Positions 62,501 to 64,000 of a DNA stretch of 64,000 nt are shown here, piece by piece; positions within the stretch are counted from its first letter, which is position 1, and each line of letters opens with the position of its first letter. The notes under the pieces are model-generated. The model ran no database searches, had not been told where the DNA came from, and worked only from the letters and a program-made list of their open reading frames with translations. The translations under genes and the position numbers were made by a program. Origin of the DNA: Azolla caroliniana (taxonomy: Eukaryota; Plantae; Polypodiophyta); the NCBI GenBank assembly GCA_043228905.1, contig JBHGNT010000017.1:14136001-14200000 (forward strand). The letters are read 5' to 3'.

Positions 62501-64000
62501 GGTCTTTTTTTTGCACTGAACTGGTCAGTGTATGCCTCAATGATCTGACATGTATTACTTTGCAGGCAAATTTTCTAAAACAAAAGGTGTAGGTATATTT
62601 GGAAATGATGCCAAGACCACAAGCATTCCAGTTGAAGTATGGCGCTATTATTTGCTAACCAATCGGCCTGAGGTATATAGAGATTAAACTTATATCCGTG
62701 ATCTACTGTTGGAAATTTGTCTAGCTTTGAAACTTACATAATTTGGCTGATCTGTGATCAATGCAGATATCTGATACTTTGTTTACATGGTCTGATCTTC
62801 AAGCAAAGCAGAATAACGAGCTCCTTAAAAACCTAGGCAATTTTGTGCATAGATGTCTATCTTTTGTTGCAAAACCTTCAGGCAAGTGTTGCACTTCAAA
62901 TCTTTCCTTGCATCTGTACTTCATTTTGGTTGTGGCATCATACATGGTTTTTCCTGGTTGGAGTTCAACAGGTGAAGGTTATGGTGGTGTGATACCGGAA
63001 CAAAAAGGCTCTGAGAAACATCAATTGACAACTGAATTGATATCAAAGATAGAGGAAAATGTGCTGCAATATATTGATGCAATGGAAAAGGTGGCACAGT
63101 TTTTCTTACGGATGTCCCATTTTATTCACTGCTAACACTCATATTAGACTGTTCATTACACAGGTTTCCTTAAAGAAAGGGCTGAAGCTAGCTATGACTG
63201 TATCTAGTCTTGGCAATCTGTACTTACAGGTGACATAAATGGCAGCTTATGCTTATTTTTGTGCAGAATTCTATTCAATTTCTTTCAAGTATCTCATGAT
63301 ATTGGAAGCAGGATAGCAAATTCTGGAAGCTCTACCGTGATGATGCTGAAAGCTGTGCCATTGTAATAAAAACTGCAACTAGCGTTGTACTGCTGCTTGC
63401 TATCCTTTTGGAACCATTTATGCCGTCCTTCTCTCAAAAGGTATATTTCTGTTGAAATTGCAGTTTCTCATGGGTGTAAGCCGTCAAAGGGATCTTATCA
63501 TCATTATACCTGCTCTAGGTGCTTTTACAACTGAATTTACCACAATCAAATCTTTCACTCTCTGAAGAAGCTGGGTTCTTGCAAAAGATCAAGGAACTTT
63601 ATGATTTAGTCCCTGGTGGGCATAAGATTGGAAAACCTGAGCCTTTATTTTTTGAATTGGTATGATGCACTCGTGCTATGTTGGTTATTGTCTCAATTTT
63701 CTATATAATACTCATATCTGGTTATTTTGGCCAATTTTTCTGGAGCAGAAGGACGATGAAGTAGAAGTGTACAGGCAAAGATTCGCCGGAAGCCAGGCAG
63801 AACGTGCAGATAGGGAAGCTGCAGCTATTGTGTCAGCCAAAGTCAAGGCAGTCTCTATTTCTGGCAAGCTTGATACTTTTCGACTTTGGAAAATTCATTA
63901 GTAATTTGAAGTGGGAAAAAATGCTGACTTGCAAAAATTGCAGGTAAAAACGAAGGAAAGTCCAGCAAAGGATCAGCCGACTCAACGAGAAAAAGTGATG
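53554..64000 (+). CDS. Cytosolic methionyl-tRNA synthetase, 3'-incomplete. Exons: 53554-53575 (tentative), 53760-53858, 54151-54295, 54516-54669, 54755-54904, 61752-61982, 62066-62209, 62280-62370, 62566-62672, 62767-62881, 62972-63090, 63164-63229, 63312-63440, 63519-63659, 63749-63863, 63944->64000
   Basis: [18 protein letters not shown] (HIGH motif), CGTDEYG, zinc-knuckle cysteines, [35 protein letters not shown] (KMSKS motif) and NLGNF. Splice phases are consistent throughout. Confidence 0.95.
53580..53712. repeat. 19-20-bp minisatellite (~7 copies) filling most of MetRS intron 1
   Basis: TCATTAATCCTCAAAATT and TCATTAACCCACAAGATT units. Confidence 0.9.
55155..55680. repeat. Diverged tandem duplication (~240-280 bp) in the large MetRS intron
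   Basis: GGGATGTTTCTGT..TTCCCCATGTTTTT..TAGTGCATATCACTCTACCA..GAAAGTAACCAATGC occurs twice. Confidence 0.8.
55730..58700 (-). mobile_element. Decayed copia 5' part (LTR end, PBS, gag, protease, integrase) in the MetRS intron, interrupted by the MITE
   Basis: PBS TGGTATCAGA at 58364-58355 next to an LTR ...CA end at 58365. Motifs [32 protein letters not shown] and MDLCGPM. Outer boundaries are approximate. Confidence 0.8.
55899..56299. mobile_element. hAT-type MITE (401 bp)
   Basis: 16-bp perfect TIR TAGGGATCGGCAACGG / CCGTTGCCGATCCCTA, 8-bp TSD GTATTGGG/GTATTAGG (one mismatch), and many subterminal AAACCG/CGGTTT motifs. Confidence 0.92.
59186..60065 (-). mobile_element. RTE/RTEX-like LINE fragment (post-RT region and Cys/His motif)
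   Basis: [26 protein letters not shown] and [28 protein letters not shown]. Confidence 0.7.

Noticed and set aside
4667-64000. DTD and MetRS as a functional tRNA-metabolism cluster
   Set aside because: They are ~49 kb apart with unrelated genes between them; nothing suggests more than chance.

Overview
Transposon-dominated land-plant nuclear DNA; a fern or other non-seed plant is my inference from the TE types and intron style. There are four host genes: the last two exons of a D-aminoacyl-tRNA deacylase (+, 4667-4828), an AIR12-like DOMON protein with a large Gly-rich insert (-, 25496-26620), OHP2 (-, 30147-32666), and a multi-exon cytosolic methionyl-tRNA synthetase (+, 53554 to beyond the window end). 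Between them are two deep TE nests whose junctions mostly resolve to the base. Nest 1: an RTE/RTEX-like LINE remnant ends at a (TC)n tract, which holds a full-length L1 (9333-23728), which holds a Tnt1/Tork-like copia (11546-20353, TSD GCATA), which holds a 3.5-kb Gag-only LTR element (15219-18725, tRNA-Trp PBS, 4-bp TSD). Nest 2: an old Tork-like remnant is cut by a decayed copia (37223-52468), whose 5' LTR holds a gypsy with a long extra ORF (37582-47647, TSD ACCAT), which holds a solo LTR (39519-40632, 4-bp TSD). The most notable observation is that the innermost elements of both nests are diverged members of one LTR family. Their LTRs carry a tRNA-derived A-box/B-box cassette pointing away from the LTR TATA box at a conserved ~180-bp spacing. 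All calls come from reading the sequence by eye; no searches were run.
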